Shown here: positions 1-14,459 of the stretch, in pieces
Layout of the letters: every line of letters starts with the position of its first letter
Position numbering within the stretch: the stretch's first letter is position 1
From: Euprymna scolopes
Taxonomy: Eukaryota
Reading direction: 5' to 3' (one strand)
Assembly (NCBI GenBank): GCA_053919585.1
Contig: CM132796.1
Length of the DNA: 64,000 nt
Position numbers and translations under genes: made by a program
Notes under the pieces: generated by a model
Told to the model about the DNA's origin: nothing
What the model saw: the letters and a program-made list of their open reading frames with translations, nothing else
Database searches by the model: none

Positions 1-99
1 ATCAGCGGCTGCATTTATACTCATCCAATATTTTACTAAAAGAATAACCAACACTTTCAGAGAAACAGTTATTCGGTAGATAACTAAATTAAAAGAGAA

Positions 100-440
100 T
101 GCTTACGTGTTGCTCGACTAACTTCATATTGAGAAATAAGGAAACAAATTAAATATTAAAAGTCATCAGGTTAGATGTTTAGGCTATGTATAAATAGTTC
201 CACTAACATCCAGCTTCCGAGACAAATACAATAGGACGATTCGGATAAGCAAATTTCACTGACACGTTTCCAAAAAGATTAATACAATATATGAAAAAGA
301 TTAGATATTTCAAAATCTATACATCAAGTTATATCGGCGATAATGCGGCCAAAATTATTATTAATGATCACTAAGATGAGGAGGATACCCCATTTAAAGT
401 CAGATATATCGATGGCTTTAAAAGAAGACTACTGGATTCT
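100..440 (+). mobile_element. Highly decayed RTE-like LINE 3' remnant
   Basis: Broken translation IKSHQVRCLGYV..QLPRQI..KVRYIDGFKK resembles the RTE C-terminal RLRWLGHV..RLPKQI..RYxDxLK; many stops and frameshifts. Confidence 0.3.
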
Positions 441-2043
441 ATACTCGTAGATAATTTTGTGAATTATCAATTCTCATATATCTATGCAATTTAAAATGCA
501 CTAAAAGGTGACAAATAATTCTTCAAAATTAAAATGATTTTGAAAATTAAAATTAGTCATTTACAGAAAACGATGTATATTATGTAGCGCTACTTCCCAA
601 TGTCTAACTATGTCATTTCTTATTTAAGGTTTTACAGTATGACTCAAGATGTATTGGCAAATATTTTTCTCAAATGTGTGACATTGATTTGTTAAAATAT
701 TTTCACCGACAAGAAACTTAACAAGAATCAAAATTTGGTTGCAATTTCATCGTTTTATAATGTTTACAGATATAAATTAGATATCAAAATTGATATGTAA
801 TTGCTCCGATCGACGTTAAAATGTATCTAATTTCTCCTGACGTATTTTAAATAAAATAACAATTTCGGTATTGCAACAGCTGAAATATATTTTATTTAAA
901 AGAGGATATTATTAATGAAAATTGAGAAGGTCTACATATATACACTGTCGATAAGAATTGTACAATAAAATCTAGCCAAGTGTGCTAGAAACTAATAAGA
1001 AATTGCAACCAATCTATAAACATTTATAACTTTTCTTGTTCACGTAGAAAAGGCCCTGACTCTTTGACTGGAAACATATGAAGTGGAACAGTTATACAGA
1101 TCAATTACTCACCGTAAAATGTTTTTCACCTCGAATTTGTCAATGTGGAACAAAATAATAAATATGCAAATAGGGAAAATATTCATCCCATACATTCACA
1201 CTGATACTTTTACATATTTAATTAATTTGATTATTCATGTAGACTATAGAGGTGTATATAAAATTAAGCAGGGGTGAAACGGAAAATAATATAGATTGCA
1301 AAATATGTATGTGGGTTTAGAAAGGAAACTTGTGGAAGAATAAATAAGATTTACATCATAGACTTATGTAAAAAAAATCATGAAACGAATGTGACAAATG
1401 TAATAAAATCCCAACCAAAATCCTAAATGCCTGAAATGTATGCAACAAAAATTCTGGCAAACATAGGAAGAATTAAACAATGAAACCACCTCCCATCTTT
1501 GATCGACAAATATTTTTTTCCATGGTAAACCAGCTTGATAGAAAATGGCACTAACGCCTACAAGCTTATAATTTGGTAAACTACAAATGGGGTGGAAAAT
1601 CTCAACAGCGCAACTGAAGGAACAAATGTCCTGCACATTTATTAATTATGGAGTACTTCCCGTGAACGGGAAGTGACGCAAAAAAAAACAAAAAAAAACA
1701 TTAGCTACTATATATAGACTAAAAGGTTCTGAACGAGTTAAAATGTAGAAAAATATAGGCATGGTATGTGTCAACTAAAACATCATACACGATGTTTCAA
1801 ACATGCATAATACAATAATTCATGCTGTACAAAATAGCATTCAGGATATTACGTTTGATTGAAAAAAACAATGTAAACAAAAGTACGTGAACTGACAGCT
1901 AATAAATTACATATGACTAAGTTAAAAATTAAAACCATATCCAAGTACATTTTCCACTATTATAGTCATGCCCCTTAACAATATATTAGAGAAACGACGA
2001 ATTTTATTAGAGTTTTTCATACAGATAAAACAATGTAATATCT

Positions 2044-2061
2044 CATATATATAACTATATA

Positions 2062-2125
<64 letters not shown>
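2044..2125. repeat. (TA)n microsatellite
   Basis: Direct reading. Similar tracts at ~13370, 17278, 17720, 22091, 22378, 31645, 32246, 34135, 50258, 50965, 54690, 60070 and 61812. Confidence 0.95.
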
Positions 2126-2126
<1 letters not shown>

Positions 2127-2559
2127 CGTAACTCCAAAATATCGTAAGAAACAAAAATGAACTAGTACTCTCATAAACACAATCGATATCTTCACTCATT
2201 TACATGAATTGAATTTGACATAAAACGCACTGGTAGTTCGGGGGGTTAAGCTTGATGCCACAGAAAAAATATGAAAATTCGCAATCATCTAAGCAGATAC
2301 ACTTTAAACAAACAAACATTGCGGAGTTGGAGCAAAGTATCGATGCCATCAAAAATTGGAAATGAAAATGCAAAAGAACTAAACGCTTAGATACTTTGCT
2401 ATAACAATATATTAAATTCAAACACATCAGATAATCCTGAGCGTTCCTCGGCTACACCAAATAAATACAGAACCGTTTTTAATTGAGAGATTTTATAACG
2501 AATCACAATCGGTATACCTTAATAGAAAATGCTAGGCGGTCATACGTTAAAAGGAATGT

Positions 2560-3230
2560 GAGGGAATGAAGTTGGTTTTTTTATATAAAAGATACTGTGA
2601 ATCGTATAAAGAAAGAAGTATAAAGAATATATAACATACATCCCGATAATACCTACAGCAATGAACACTGAAAAAATGAACACGACATGGAAAAAAAAGG
2701 TTAGGAATATAATAAGAATAAATTAATAGGAGGAAAACAGGAAGAACCACGATTCATAAGAGTGAGAAAATATTACACTAAGTAAACCACCTTTACGCAA
2801 AGTAATCCAAAATTAAAAAAGTACCTCTAATAACAGTGCCCAAAGATTTACAAAGTATATCAAACCGAAAATGGACAAAATACAACAGAAAATATCGACT
2901 CTGTAGCCAAAAATAAAGTACAATGCTGCCAAATTACCAAAATATATATGGATTGAAACAGTCAAGCAGAGAAGGCAGTGCACTAGCATCTATGCAAACC
3001 ACGACATTATCAGCACCTAAAAAAACATGCAAAAATATTTTGTAATGGCGAATGTGCACATATCGGAGACGACACATCACTGAGTGCACAGTACGGGGAC
3101 AGATAACAACATTTGTCATAGCTGGTACACAATATTAATAGGAGAGATATAGATTTTAAGAAATGTTAAATGTACAGTCGTTAATAAAATAGAGAACGAA
3201 AGTATTGTTATTGGCGACATACTATTAAAG
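2560..3230 (+). mobile_element. Decayed RTE-like LINE reverse transcriptase remnant
   Basis: Fragments PDN.., KIYK..IKPKMDKIQQK, ST..QI and IETVKQ follow the order of early RT motifs; heavily disrupted. Confidence 0.35.
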
Positions 3231-4539
3231 TAGGGGGCAGACACTTCACACTTGTAAATGGTTTTACACAATATCCATTTACAAAGCTGATCACAAACAC
3301 ACTGCTTTTACGGTTAAAATGTTGATGAATGAAGACTTACAAATAACATATTTATACTCCCAGATGAGATTGTCTGAGATTCAGTTGCCTTGCAAAATTA
3401 CATTGTCTTGACTCCCTTTATGGTTCGCTTCTAAATGAAGTATGGCTAACTCTATCTTCCAACTTTTAATGTCAAACCCCCTCGGACGTCTTTCTTGTTT
3501 AAATTTGACAGTGTGCAAGCTTATGAAATATTGTGATCTATTTTGTGTGAGGAACGTTCGCAATTGCGTGAATGATTGCTCACGTATATTTGTATACAAA
3601 TATGTCAACAAAAGGTTTGGAAATACAAATGCATTCCTTCATTTGATGCCCATTGTCCTACTTCGGACATCTTGTTATAGCGTTATTTCTAAAACAAAGT
3701 TCAATTACCTACATTATAAGAATTGCATCTAAATTTCCATATGTATTCTCTTCAACTTCTGCATACTGGATTTTATTCTGACCTTTGCATTTATAAAATA
3801 TTATTTTCGAATCTATTTACTGTGTTTCCTTAATTACCAGCGTCTTCCTCCACTATATACACAAACCCTCAGTTGTACTGACATCGATGCACAATGCTAT
3901 AACACGTTCAAATAACATCACCGGTTGTTATAATTATAAACAAGAGGGAAAATTCCTGTCAGATCTTCGGGATTGATGTTTACTGCAGGGTAACTGGGAA
4001 AAATACCGATGAGGAAATTTATGCGAAAAATGGCCGGAGCACCCAAAGGGATATGGGATATAAAAAAAGTCAAGCTATAACCAATAATAATAAAGGCACT
4101 AAAAACAATATTTATAAACTTACAAAATATATAAACATTGTGAGCAGGACAATGGTTAAGGATATACAGCGAATATCAAAAATAAACAGCGTTCAAAAAA
4201 TAAGGACCACCCTTGTCATGAAGAAATTAATACATACGGGATACAGCCTAAAATGTGCAGGAATTAAGTAGCATATAACTAAATAGATACACATAAAAGG
4301 AAACGATAAACTAATGATCTTAAGATGTCGCTTAAAAGTTCGGTGTTGCAATCCACTGCCATTCTAAACACAATTCATGAAAGTTAAAAGAAATTGAAGC
4401 ATTCATGCTCCCACATGAGTGCACAGTGAACGACACAAAAAAACTGACTAATTTAAGCATTTCCCACTGAGGATTAAAATCCCGCTGGAAATTAAATAAC
4501 CTTGTGTAAATCAACGAACTAGGCAGTTTTAGGCATTAA

Positions 4540-5098
4540 CATATGTAAATTTGAGTTCTTCGCAAAGCAAAGAACAGAAATGACTACGCCCATGATTTGC
4601 CACTACCCATTTTGCCCCAAAAGTCCCGAACGCATATTTAACTTTGAGTTCTTTGCCAATTAAATCTGCTAAATAAATATACCCAGAATATTTTGGACCA
4701 ATATGGTAAAATATTTCCAAACGTGGAGTGTATATTCGCCCTAAAATGTTATCGCGAAGTAAAAAAACAAAACAAAACAAAATTATATGGAAATCAGTCA
4801 GTTACAGTTTGTCATAAAATGTTATTAGAATCCAAGGCATTATTACATTTAATGAGTACAAAAGTGTAAATTTTAGCCATTTAAACATGAAAGGCGCGCC
4901 TGGGGGTGAGGGAAACCAGAGTTTTTTTTCCGGAAAATCCGTTTCGTTACATTTTACTCATATTATGTTTAATGTTTGTGCAACATTTCCAAAAAATTCA
5001 CGGCGTAGTTATCAAGGAAAGTGCAGACACGCGAATGAACGAACCGACAACGGTGATTTTACAGGTCCACCCTCCTTTTCTCGGTGGACTAAAAAAAC
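4540..5098 (+). mobile_element. DINE-1/Helentron-associated (HINE-like) non-autonomous element, 3' part
   Basis: Degenerate ACGG-like run (gcgaatgaacgaaccgacaacgg), then hairpin GTCCACC/GGTGGAC (5065-5089) directly before an A-run; left boundary uncertain. Confidence 0.4.
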
Positions 5099-6599
5099 GA
5101 GACAAAGATGCACCAACGAGACTTCATTCATACAGTTACTGCAACCTAATTACCAGTAAAGACTAATGTGTGGTGCTTGTGAGCGGTTGAGAAAAGAGGT
5201 GTGTGGCGATAACGCTAAAGAATTTGCAAGCTTTTCGAAAATAAGTGAAAACTACTTAATACCCGGATAATTTCTTGTATCCGAGGCTATTCTTGTGGCG
5301 GAACTATTTACGTTTTCTGCTGTTAACCTGATAGATACTTAATTAATATTAGAAACAATGCCTTAATCGGTAATCACTTATCGGTTGACAAGCAAAAGCT
5401 GTTCGTTAAAGAGATGAACAGCTGGAAATGCTGTAGATTCTGGATGATATATTTTATTATTCTATTCCTGTGTTTAATCATACTTGAACCAATTTAAACA
5501 GAAGCAGAGTAAATGCCACCGTATTTCGAGTACTCACAAAAGAGTTTAAATCACTAAGTGCCGATATAACAACTACAGAACGATGATTCAACTAAATACG
5601 CCATATAAAATCTAGTTAAAATATTAACGGATTCTTGTAACACTGAAAGAGTAGGACTGGAAAATTCGCGGAAAAAACAAACTAAATGTCTAAAATATAT
5701 TTCTATTGAAAATAGTTAAGTACGAGTGTAAATAATCACATACTATTTGCAACTATAGCATTGAAGAAAATACATTATTTTGAAAACGGGTGTAATTTTA
5801 ACGTCTAACAATGAGAAAAACACACATCAGAAACATAAGCATAAATAAGTGAGCACTAATATTTCTATTCGTTTTACCTTTTTCTTTCTAGGCACTACAT
5901 TTTAACTTGAACACTTTCTGAAAGTAATATTTTTTGTTGTAAAACATTTTACAAAAGTAAAGTTAATTTTTGCCCATTTTTTAACAAAAAAGTTACTTGC
6001 TATGTTCAAGGCATTATAAATNNNNNNNNNNNNNNNNNNNNNNNNNNNNNNNNNNNNNNNNNNNNNNNNNNNNNNNNNNNNNNNNNNNNNNNNNNNNNNN
6101 NNNNNNNNNNNNNNNNNNNNNNNNNNNNNNNNNNNNNNNNNNNNNNNNNNNNNNNNNNNNNNNNNNNNNCCCTTTGAAATGATTCTAAAAAGAGTAATCG
6201 TTGTTAAACCGGACACAAGACTATGTGCAATCCCTATTCTTACTAACCACAAACTGTATGTGTTTCAGGCAGAGTTTAAAAAAAAATTGGTAGCAATAAA
6301 AATGCAAGAGCAACAGCAGTTATTTGAACACTATTAACGCACAAATGAAACATAATAGCAAATAACAAATGATACTAATACACAACAGCAACAAGAATAA
6401 CAAAGTCATCAACTAATTGAACATTCAATAAAAATAAATGCCCAGCAACATAAGAATAAACAGTTTATGAAAATCTTACTTGTTGCAATCGTAGAAATGC
6501 GTCCGCTGTATACATTACCGAATTTTCAAAGACACTATATGAAATTATATTGCTAACTTCTGCTACGTACGAGATGAATCATGCCCAGGTGACTAGTGA

Positions 6600-8100
6600 A
6601 GATAAAAGACACCTTTCTTATAGTTTGTCAGCCTTGTGTGGGTGTGACACAAATTTTAGATTGCTCAGCACAAGAACAATGTACATTTAATTTTGTCGCG
6701 TAAAATTCAGACCTATATGTCGAAGGTACGTTGGGGCTTCATGCAGAAGATTTTAGCCCGAAACTCTTTATATTTAGCAAAGAATGGGGGTATATGTATC
6801 TTGTAAAGGAAACGAAGATGTTATCGAAAGATCTGAGCTCGTGAGTAATAAAAACCGAAACTAATTTAAAATATTCCATATCACTTAAGACAATTTTGAA
6901 CATCTATGAATGGCGCAAGAACTTACAAAATATTAAAACGGTTAAATCAGGAGGTGTGTTTTAACAAGTTAAAAAAGTGTTTTACATAACACATTTTTAT
7001 AAAAGACTGTGGGATTATAGAGCTTATTTAAGTAAATTTAAATATAACGACTCTGGCATCGCGCTAATCAAAAAAGAAGAAACATATTCAGAAAGGTACG
7101 TCAAAAATGAAACGCATACTAGGAAAAAGGACCAGGTATATTAGCACACATCTAAAATATGTTTTTGTTAAAAACAGCCTGCAGCATTGAAATCATTGCA
7201 GATATAAGCATTAGGTTAGTCACTGCCTATATGTTTTTGAAAAATATTTAGCATATAAAATATAAGACACAAATGTATCCATTCAAACAACAGAAAATAA
7301 AAACCAACTTCAGATGATTTTAACTTGAAAATAAATCAATTATGGGGGATTACTTCAATATTTGAAGGTAAAAATCGTAGATAAATGAATTAAAATACAA
7401 TTATGATCAGGTTCCAACCTATTAATATCAAATGAAGAGACATAGTTAAAGGCTTTCAATATTGTTATCATAAAAATCAGTAAATAACTGAAATGGCGCA
7501 CAAATTAACTTTGGAGGAGAATTTTCAACAATGTTAAACTATTTTTAAAAAAGACGAACGAGTTAAAAACAACAAAATAACTGAGAAAAATACGAACACA
7601 CTCGGTTCAGATGAGATCCATGAAGTTTATTATAAGATAAACCAATATTAACGTTCTGGAGAAAAATATAATTAGTTTAATACAAACAAGATAAAATTCT
7701 AAATCTGCTAGCCAAATTTCTTGTAACAATTGCCCAAACCGAATTCATGAATCCTTAGCAATATGAAAAATCATCAACAAAATTATATCCTATTTCAAAA
7801 AAAACAAAACAAAAAACTGTAAGCTCACAGAAATTAGAAATTTCAAACCAAAAGGAAACGTTATCCGGTAAAGTAGTGACTCACAATCATCCACTCTTAA
7901 ATTTCTTGAAATGATAGACTGTATGAACGCTTTTTATTCTCTTCTTGGACATGCAGATTCAAGCAAGACTATTTTTGAAGATTACCCAAAAATCCAATAA
8001 AGCCACACACAAGAGTTATATGCCCTTCAATGTTTACATAGGAAATAACTTTATCAAAGATGAACAGGAACATTTTCCAAAATCTCTAAATATTTAGTCT
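6600..8100 (+). mobile_element. Very old LINE remnant (EN-RT order)
   Basis: Scattered motif-like fragments, e.g. GSDEIHEVYYK (~GPDGIPAEFYK) at ~7600 and FLD-like at ~7940; no ORF. Confidence 0.25.
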
Positions 8101-9108
8101 AATTTGTTAAAATCACATCCCTGAGAAATTAACTGAAAAAAATGATGTGCTTAGGTATACACCTCATATCCTGCACATTAGTTTTTTTTAATAGTTCAAA
8201 TCATCTTGATTTACTGTCGAGACTCATGGAACATCAACATACCGGAGGGCAAGTCATTATTTATATATTCTAGATAAACCAAGATTGTCAGTCAGGTAGA
8301 CAAACATACCACGTGCTTGTATTTTTGTGAATACAATTTGATTCTCTATTCCTTGTATTGTATTACGTGTAACTCTTTACACAGGTTTACCACATGCACA
8401 TAAATACCACTGGATGGAAAGAAATATTCCATGACAGATTTTGAAAAAAGCTACTGTTGATTACGCGTAATCGTTCTGAACTAATTGAAATTGTATTATG
8501 AATCTTACATATCAAACAGTGTTTAATAATCTTCCAAAAATATAGGAAAGATATTCTATCGGCATATTTTACATAGCGAGTTTAATGTGAAGGGCGTTCG
8601 CTATAATGTAAGTTGTCACAAACATCAAAGAAGATTTTCTTTAAAGTTCATTCGAGATAAAAGTGTTACAAAGGCGATTTTATGGTCCTCCCAGAAAGGT
8701 AAGTAATGAGGGAAGACAAAGTAAACGTGCTTGTTACAAGTGTTCAACTGTTCATTATTGAAATAGTATGGATCTTGGCAAGAGGAATGGTTGTGGATGT
8801 GCATATAAAAGTGTTAAAATTGTTGTTTAATGAATTCCTGAATAAGATAAAATAAAACGGTCGGAATAAATAATTAAAAAAAACGTTTATGATTGTATTT
8901 TAGTCAATATTTAATGCGATTTAACGAAATAAAACACTTATATAAATTCTGATATTAGTTGCAATTTTTCAAAATATTAAGTAACTACGCATTTCTATTA
9001 GATTATATTTCTAACGATTAAGTTTATATACACTGCTTTCTTACAAACACAATATGAACAGAGACAAAGACACATGTATACGGTTAATATTTTACTAGCT
9101 GAACACGG

Positions 9109-9378
9109 TCCTGGATATGACCTTAAACTATATCCAGTGGTGAGGACCCAGCTTGTGCGATGTGGCGAGTGTAAAGCCATCCTTTAATAACCATTGCTCC
9201 CAGGTCCACTCTGACCCGGAGTGGTAGAACCTGTTAGGGTCACAACTATAGGTTAAATAGAAAGCGACGTGAAAACAACAAATATATTCTATTAAACACA
9301 TTTTCTTCAAAATTTTTGGATTAGGAATTAAATAAACTGAAAAAGCTTGATATGCCATGAAACAAAAACAGCCAACCA
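9109..9378 (+). mobile_element. 5'-truncated SINE with 15-bp target-site duplication
   Basis: Exact direct repeat ACTAGCTGAACACGG at 9094-9108 and 9379-9393; GC-richer body (ctcccaggtccactctgacccggagtggtag) and AACC-type tail. Confidence 0.75.
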
Positions 9379-9789
9379 ACTAGCTGAACACGGACAAATA
9401 TTAATCTATCAATGTGTATATTGTTACTGGCATTAAACCAATTAAGAGTCGAAATGATGCGTAGCATAACACTGATTATTTGCTCGAAACCGTCGTTTGC
9501 TTCTATAAACTCTCTCTGCGAAAATTCGTAATGTTGTAAAACGTTGTACTATAACTGATACGACATTTCTAGCGTAGCAATGCGGTGAAGATTTATTTAA
9601 TGTATGTAATTCACGATTTACACCCCAGGGAACGATGTTATCAAATAACATTTGAACATTTTAGATGCTTTCTTATAAGCTTGAATGACTCTATTTTTTT
9701 TAAATTTAGACCACAATAAAATATGTACGCGTATGCAATCTAATTAGTGTATTATAAAAAACATCTTCAAATGAAATCTGATCGGTGTT

Positions 9790-9940
9790 TATATATATAT
9801 TTCCGTTGATCTACATTAATGCTCTTCCAAATCACATCCTTACATCATTTGTCGACATTTATGCTGACGATACTACCATCTATGGTAGCACATCTAAGAC
9901 AGTAAACGACCAAGTTCTCTCCGATACTCTCTCCTCTACA
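9790..9940 (+). mobile_element. CR1/L2-group LINE RT fragment
   Basis: LIYINALP..SFVDIYADDTTIY; closely similar to the copies at 49.2 kb and 56.8 kb. Confidence 0.8.
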
Positions 9941-10227
9941 ATATATTTGTGTTCAAGTCTAACGTTAATTAGTTCTTGATGAGCCGTTCCATATAAGTTA
10001 TCAAATTTACCGATTTTTCATCACTAATGATTACTATATTGTCCAATTTCTACTGTACACTCTTTAACCCTTATCCTTGAGTGGCCTTTTTGCCTTGATA
10101 ATGTGGTGATGCCTGTGTAAAAAAGTATTAGTTCTATTTAAATGAGGTTTATTGAGGGAGAATCTGTTTACCTAAAATAATCTAGAACACGTAAATTTTA
10201 TTTTTTTCGAGAAAAGTATTTATTATT

Positions 10228-10267
10228 TCAGGAAGTTCCTGCCAACTATTCAGCTGGCCTTCGTCAG
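10228..10267 (-). ncRNA. Degenerate Penelope-type hammerhead motif
   Basis: Minus strand CTGACGA-AG-GCCAGCT-GAAT-AGTTGGC-A-GGAAC; stem II intact, GAAAC mutated. Confidence 0.45.
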
Positions 10268-10340
10268 GTGGTAACCGTGACGGGATTCGAACTGTGAATC
10301 TCCTAACTACATTCGCGCATTGTTCAGCAAGCCTCTGATT

Positions 10341-10429
10341 GATTTTGGGTAGGATTGAACCACTATATTCAGACGTCTCTCCTCTGAATCCGTAGAAGGT
10401 CAACGCCTATATCCACTGCGCCCCGAGCC
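10341..10429 (-). pseudogene. tRNA-Arg(TCT)-like pseudogene or SINE head
   Basis: Minus strand GGCTCGGGGCGCAGTGGATA..GACCTTCTA..ATTCAGAGG..GGTTCAATCC; A-box, TCT anticodon context and degenerate B-box; cloverleaf broken. Confidence 0.45.
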
Positions 10430-10659
10430 GAGAAAGCCGATCAAATTAGGATGTTTGTTCTCATAAATCGACGTGTATTAATGATCTGATTTTCCCTGGN
10501 NNNNNNNNNNNNNNNNNNNNNNNNNNNNNNNNNNNNNNNNNNNNNNNNNNNNNNNNNNNNNNNNNNNNNNNNNNNNNNNNNNNNNNNNNNNNNNNNNNNN
10601 NNNNNNNNNNNNNNNNNNNNNNNNNNNNNNNNNNNNNTGATTATTATTTAATTATTTAT

Positions 10660-10830
10660 TTTTATGCGGACTCATCTTTCTTACTTTTGCTTCACGACGT
10701 TTGCGCCAACTATTCATGTGGCCTTAAACACCTACCGACGCTTTCATCGCTTGACAAGGGCCAGGAAATAGTGTGCCGAAACACCGTGAACGAACAACTA
10801 AAGAATATGAGGATAATTATCCGAAATAAA
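10660..10830. repeat. Imperfect inverted repeat of Penelope pLTR type with two decayed hammerhead-like arms
   Basis: ttcacgacgtttgcgccaactattcatgtggcctt versus aagggccaggaaatagtgtgccgaaacaccgtgaa; same family as the 10228 motif. Confidence 0.55.
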
Positions 10831-12299
10831 TAAATTAATAAATAGTGCTCATCTTGATAATGAATTTCAATTAAATAATATATAAATTCGTTATTAATAT
10901 TGAAGATACTGACAAGTCTTATAATTAAACAGAAATTCGTGGCGTAATTACATGTCATATATAACTTTTCGTAAGTCTAATGAATTTAGAAGTATATGTA
11001 TTAGATTCCATGTTGCTTTACTATATACATGAACCAAACAGACCACTTCTTTTCATTCAGCAACCGCGGTTAGTTGGCTCACTTACTATGATGACACATT
11101 CTACTCTGCAAACCATGTACGTGAACAATATGATAAGGATCAATTTTCACTACACTTCTTTTGTTTTGCAATCAATATCGTGATTTTTCTATACTTTCGT
11201 TACTTGCTGTTGTTAATAGAAAAAAAACGAATGTTTGACATCGCATGACAAGATAACATTATCAACGATAGTTTGCTCTGAGGAACGTAACTCTCTGAAC
11301 GTGCATCTCCGTTTTAAGTGCCAATCACGATTGTTATTACAGAAGTAACAACTGAGTCAAGGTCCTATACAAATAGATTTATATACGGCAGCTGCTTGAC
11401 TCAAATGCGTCAGCAATCAATATTGATATATAGCGTGCATTTAAAGGAAACGATACTATGACTTTTCAGATACTTCTTATATACAGGTAAACGGCGATAT
11501 TATGACAACACATNNNNNNNNNNNNNNNNNNNNNNNNNNNNNNNNNNNNNNNNNNNNNNNNNNNNNNNNNNNNNNNNNNNNNNNNNNNNNNNNNNNNNNN
11601 NNNNNNNNNNNNNNNNNNNNNNNNNNNNNNNNNNNNNNNNNNNNNNNNNNNTGTATCTAATAGTACAATTGTGTCTATATTCCAACTCGAATTTAAGTGA
11701 AAACACACTTTTGTATAAATGAATTTAATTCAATCCAAATTATCGCAAGCAAAATCCAATAAATAACATCTACAAAGAAAAAAGGACGCGATACATCCAA
11801 TGCTGACGCGATCAAGCCAATTGAGTAGAGGTTTAAAGTTCTCATAATTGGGTCTTGATTTCGAATCTTTCTAGATGCAGGCACTGTCATTAGTCGCAGA
11901 CAGCGAAATAAGTGTCAGAGGATGATTATACTTTAAACAATACGGACGCCGCTCCCATTTTATATGCTCCAAATTGGTAAAAAGAACATTATCGAGAACT
12001 CGCATTTATGTTAAATTGCACTTCCGTATGCTTGATTGAACCCATTCAAAAGTACCGAAAACAAGAACAAATATAAAACATAAACATAAAGAAACGTAAT
12101 ATTGAACTTTAGCGTATTTATCATGGGATCCCGATTCCGAATCTCTTTGGATTCAGCGACTCTGATATGTCGTAGATGATGAAGCACGTGTCATTAGATA
12201 ATTACGCATATATTGTGCTTACAAAATATATTTATAGATTAAAGTTTGCGTGTTACATTGTAGAATTAAGTGAGTAAAATGAGGTCAAGCAAGATAAAT

Positions 12300-13250
12300 G
12301 TCTATACCCTGTATTTGCCATGCCTGTCTGGCAAATGCAGGAAAAACTAAATTAAACTTTCTCATTAGATAATTCAGGAAAATATGCATACCTTGTACCA
12401 GAAAACTAGCATATAAAAACATGAAAAACAATTAAACTACAAATCCACGTTATTGAATAAGAAATCGGCCTCGAACGTTCCTTTTTTAAAGAAACAATAC
12501 ATGCTTTAGAAGACGGAAAATGTTAGATAATATTTTTATGACATATGATATATTAATGGGAAAATGACGACCAGTACTGGCTTATCCGGCGAGGAGAGGT
12601 AAGTAATAAATCAAGCGCTATTCCTGCGCGTGCAAAGGGGAGAACATGGAAAACAGATCTCATGTCAGTATATTTCAGAACAATGTTAAAAAAAAATCTA
12701 AAACATAAACATATTATTTCAGAATTTTGGAAATCGTTTAATGAAGTGCTAATTGATTCTGTTATGCAACTTCGAAAAGTAAAAATTAGTAACGAAATAT
12801 GTTAACAATGATATACAAAGCAGCTCGTTAGAGAAGTATTAAAATTTAAAAATACTAATTATTTAACATTTTATCTGTTTACTTTGAATTCGGTTGTCCA
12901 TTCTATCAGACAGAGATCAAATAATATGGCCGATTAACTCCAAAAAATCATGAGTGTAATAGATATCAAGCATTACAAAATCATATTTTCCAAGCCTAAA
13001 TAAGGGGAGATCGTGAACTGTTTCATCAAACAACAGTCGATGATGGATACCATTTATTATGACTAGAAAAAGGATTGTGATGAAGTAGAATGCCGTTTTT
13101 TTGTTTCCTACAAGAAAACGAGTTCATTTCCAGTGTATTTAGGTCATTGGAAATTGTTTTATAGCATGGGGTTAGAGAGAATCTATAATTCTAAAAGAAA
13201 ATCAATTACGTGAAAACTCTATTAGGGCGTGTATAAAATTTTGAACCAAT
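12300..13250 (+). mobile_element. Decayed RTE-like LINE remnant
   Basis: WQMQEK (~RQLQEK) and later YLGS-/EI..RI-like fragments; no ORF. Confidence 0.25.
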
Positions 13251-14079
13251 ATAACACAGTACTTACAGATGAGTAAAGAAACAAATCTTAACACTCTTAT
13301 AAAGTAAGTATACGATAGGAATATGCATGTGATAAGTTTTATTCCAGTGTGTAACTGTTTTTACGCAAGATATACATATATATATATACTAATATATATA
13401 TATAAATAAATATATATATATATATATATATATATTGCGTAAATATATACACCTTCTTAATTAAATAAAATCAATTAATATACGAAAGTATACTTTTATG
13501 GGTAAAATTAAAGTATTTCCTTCAACAGTGCTCAATAGATATAAAGAGTTAGATTGTAAGTCATAAAATATATATTGCAATTAGTTAGATATATTTTTAT
13601 AAATTGATATATGTATATATATATATATATATGTGTGTGTGGGTGGGTGGGTGGGTGCATATGTTAAATAGAACAGAAAATAACTTATTTAAATCATTTT
13701 ATATAAAACCCAGAGAACAAAAATATTTGGTAAATTAATATGTTAAAAGCATGCATTGACGGGAAAAGTTTATTTATATGACCCCAGTCTCAACATCAAC
13801 AAACATAAACAATCCTCATTTAAATAGAGATAATAGCCAAGATGTTTTTAACATTGAGAAAGGCATACGAAACACAGTAGATTAGTGGAGTGAGGACGAA
13901 ACTGGAGTGTAAAGTTTAATGCAGCCAAGATTAATATTCTTTCTTTTATACTTACAAAATCTTTCTCAACTAACAACAGCTATGATTGATGATACATTAC
14001 CTAATAATTCTTCGTTGGAATTCACAAAGAACATGGGTTGGTGCAGATACATGGCGGACATTGCCGCAGCTGATACGAG

Positions 14080-14360
14080 GAAGGTGGGAATACCGAGCTA
14101 GAAAATATATTAAGGTATCATGTAATCCGTAATGCAAATATTTACGCATGGAGCATCGCTGTTCAATTTGGATCGGTGCATCTGCCACTAGTCCCTCACA
14201 CCTGAAAATGCTTCAAAAGAGTGTAGCCAACCAACTAATTCGTGAACTGTCAGTTAGCTTCCAAGCCCTGCTCCAGCGACGAAATATTCCATCCTTCCGT
14301 TTGTTTTACAAGTATTTTAATGGTAGATTTTCTTACATAAGCATCGCCACATATCAAGAC
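14080..14360 (+). mobile_element. CR1/L2-group LINE C-terminal fragment
   Basis: MEHRCSIWIGA..LLQRRNIPSFRLFYKYFNG matches the C-terminus of the 38983 copy. Confidence 0.75.
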
Positions 14361-14459
14361 TTAGAGCCTACTCGAGGATGAGGGTTAAAAAGGGTACAGT
14401 AGTAAGCTGGACAATAAAATTATCGTTAGTAATGGAAATACGGTAAATTTGTTAAGTTC

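Noticed and set aside
8647-8698. Plus-strand AG..GTAAGT exon candidate (a similar donor at ~12598)
   Set aside because: No recognisable peptide; expected by chance in AT-rich DNA
10341-10429. Functional intron-containing tRNA-Arg gene
   Set aside because: Acceptor and T stems do not pair; kept only as a pseudogene or SINE head
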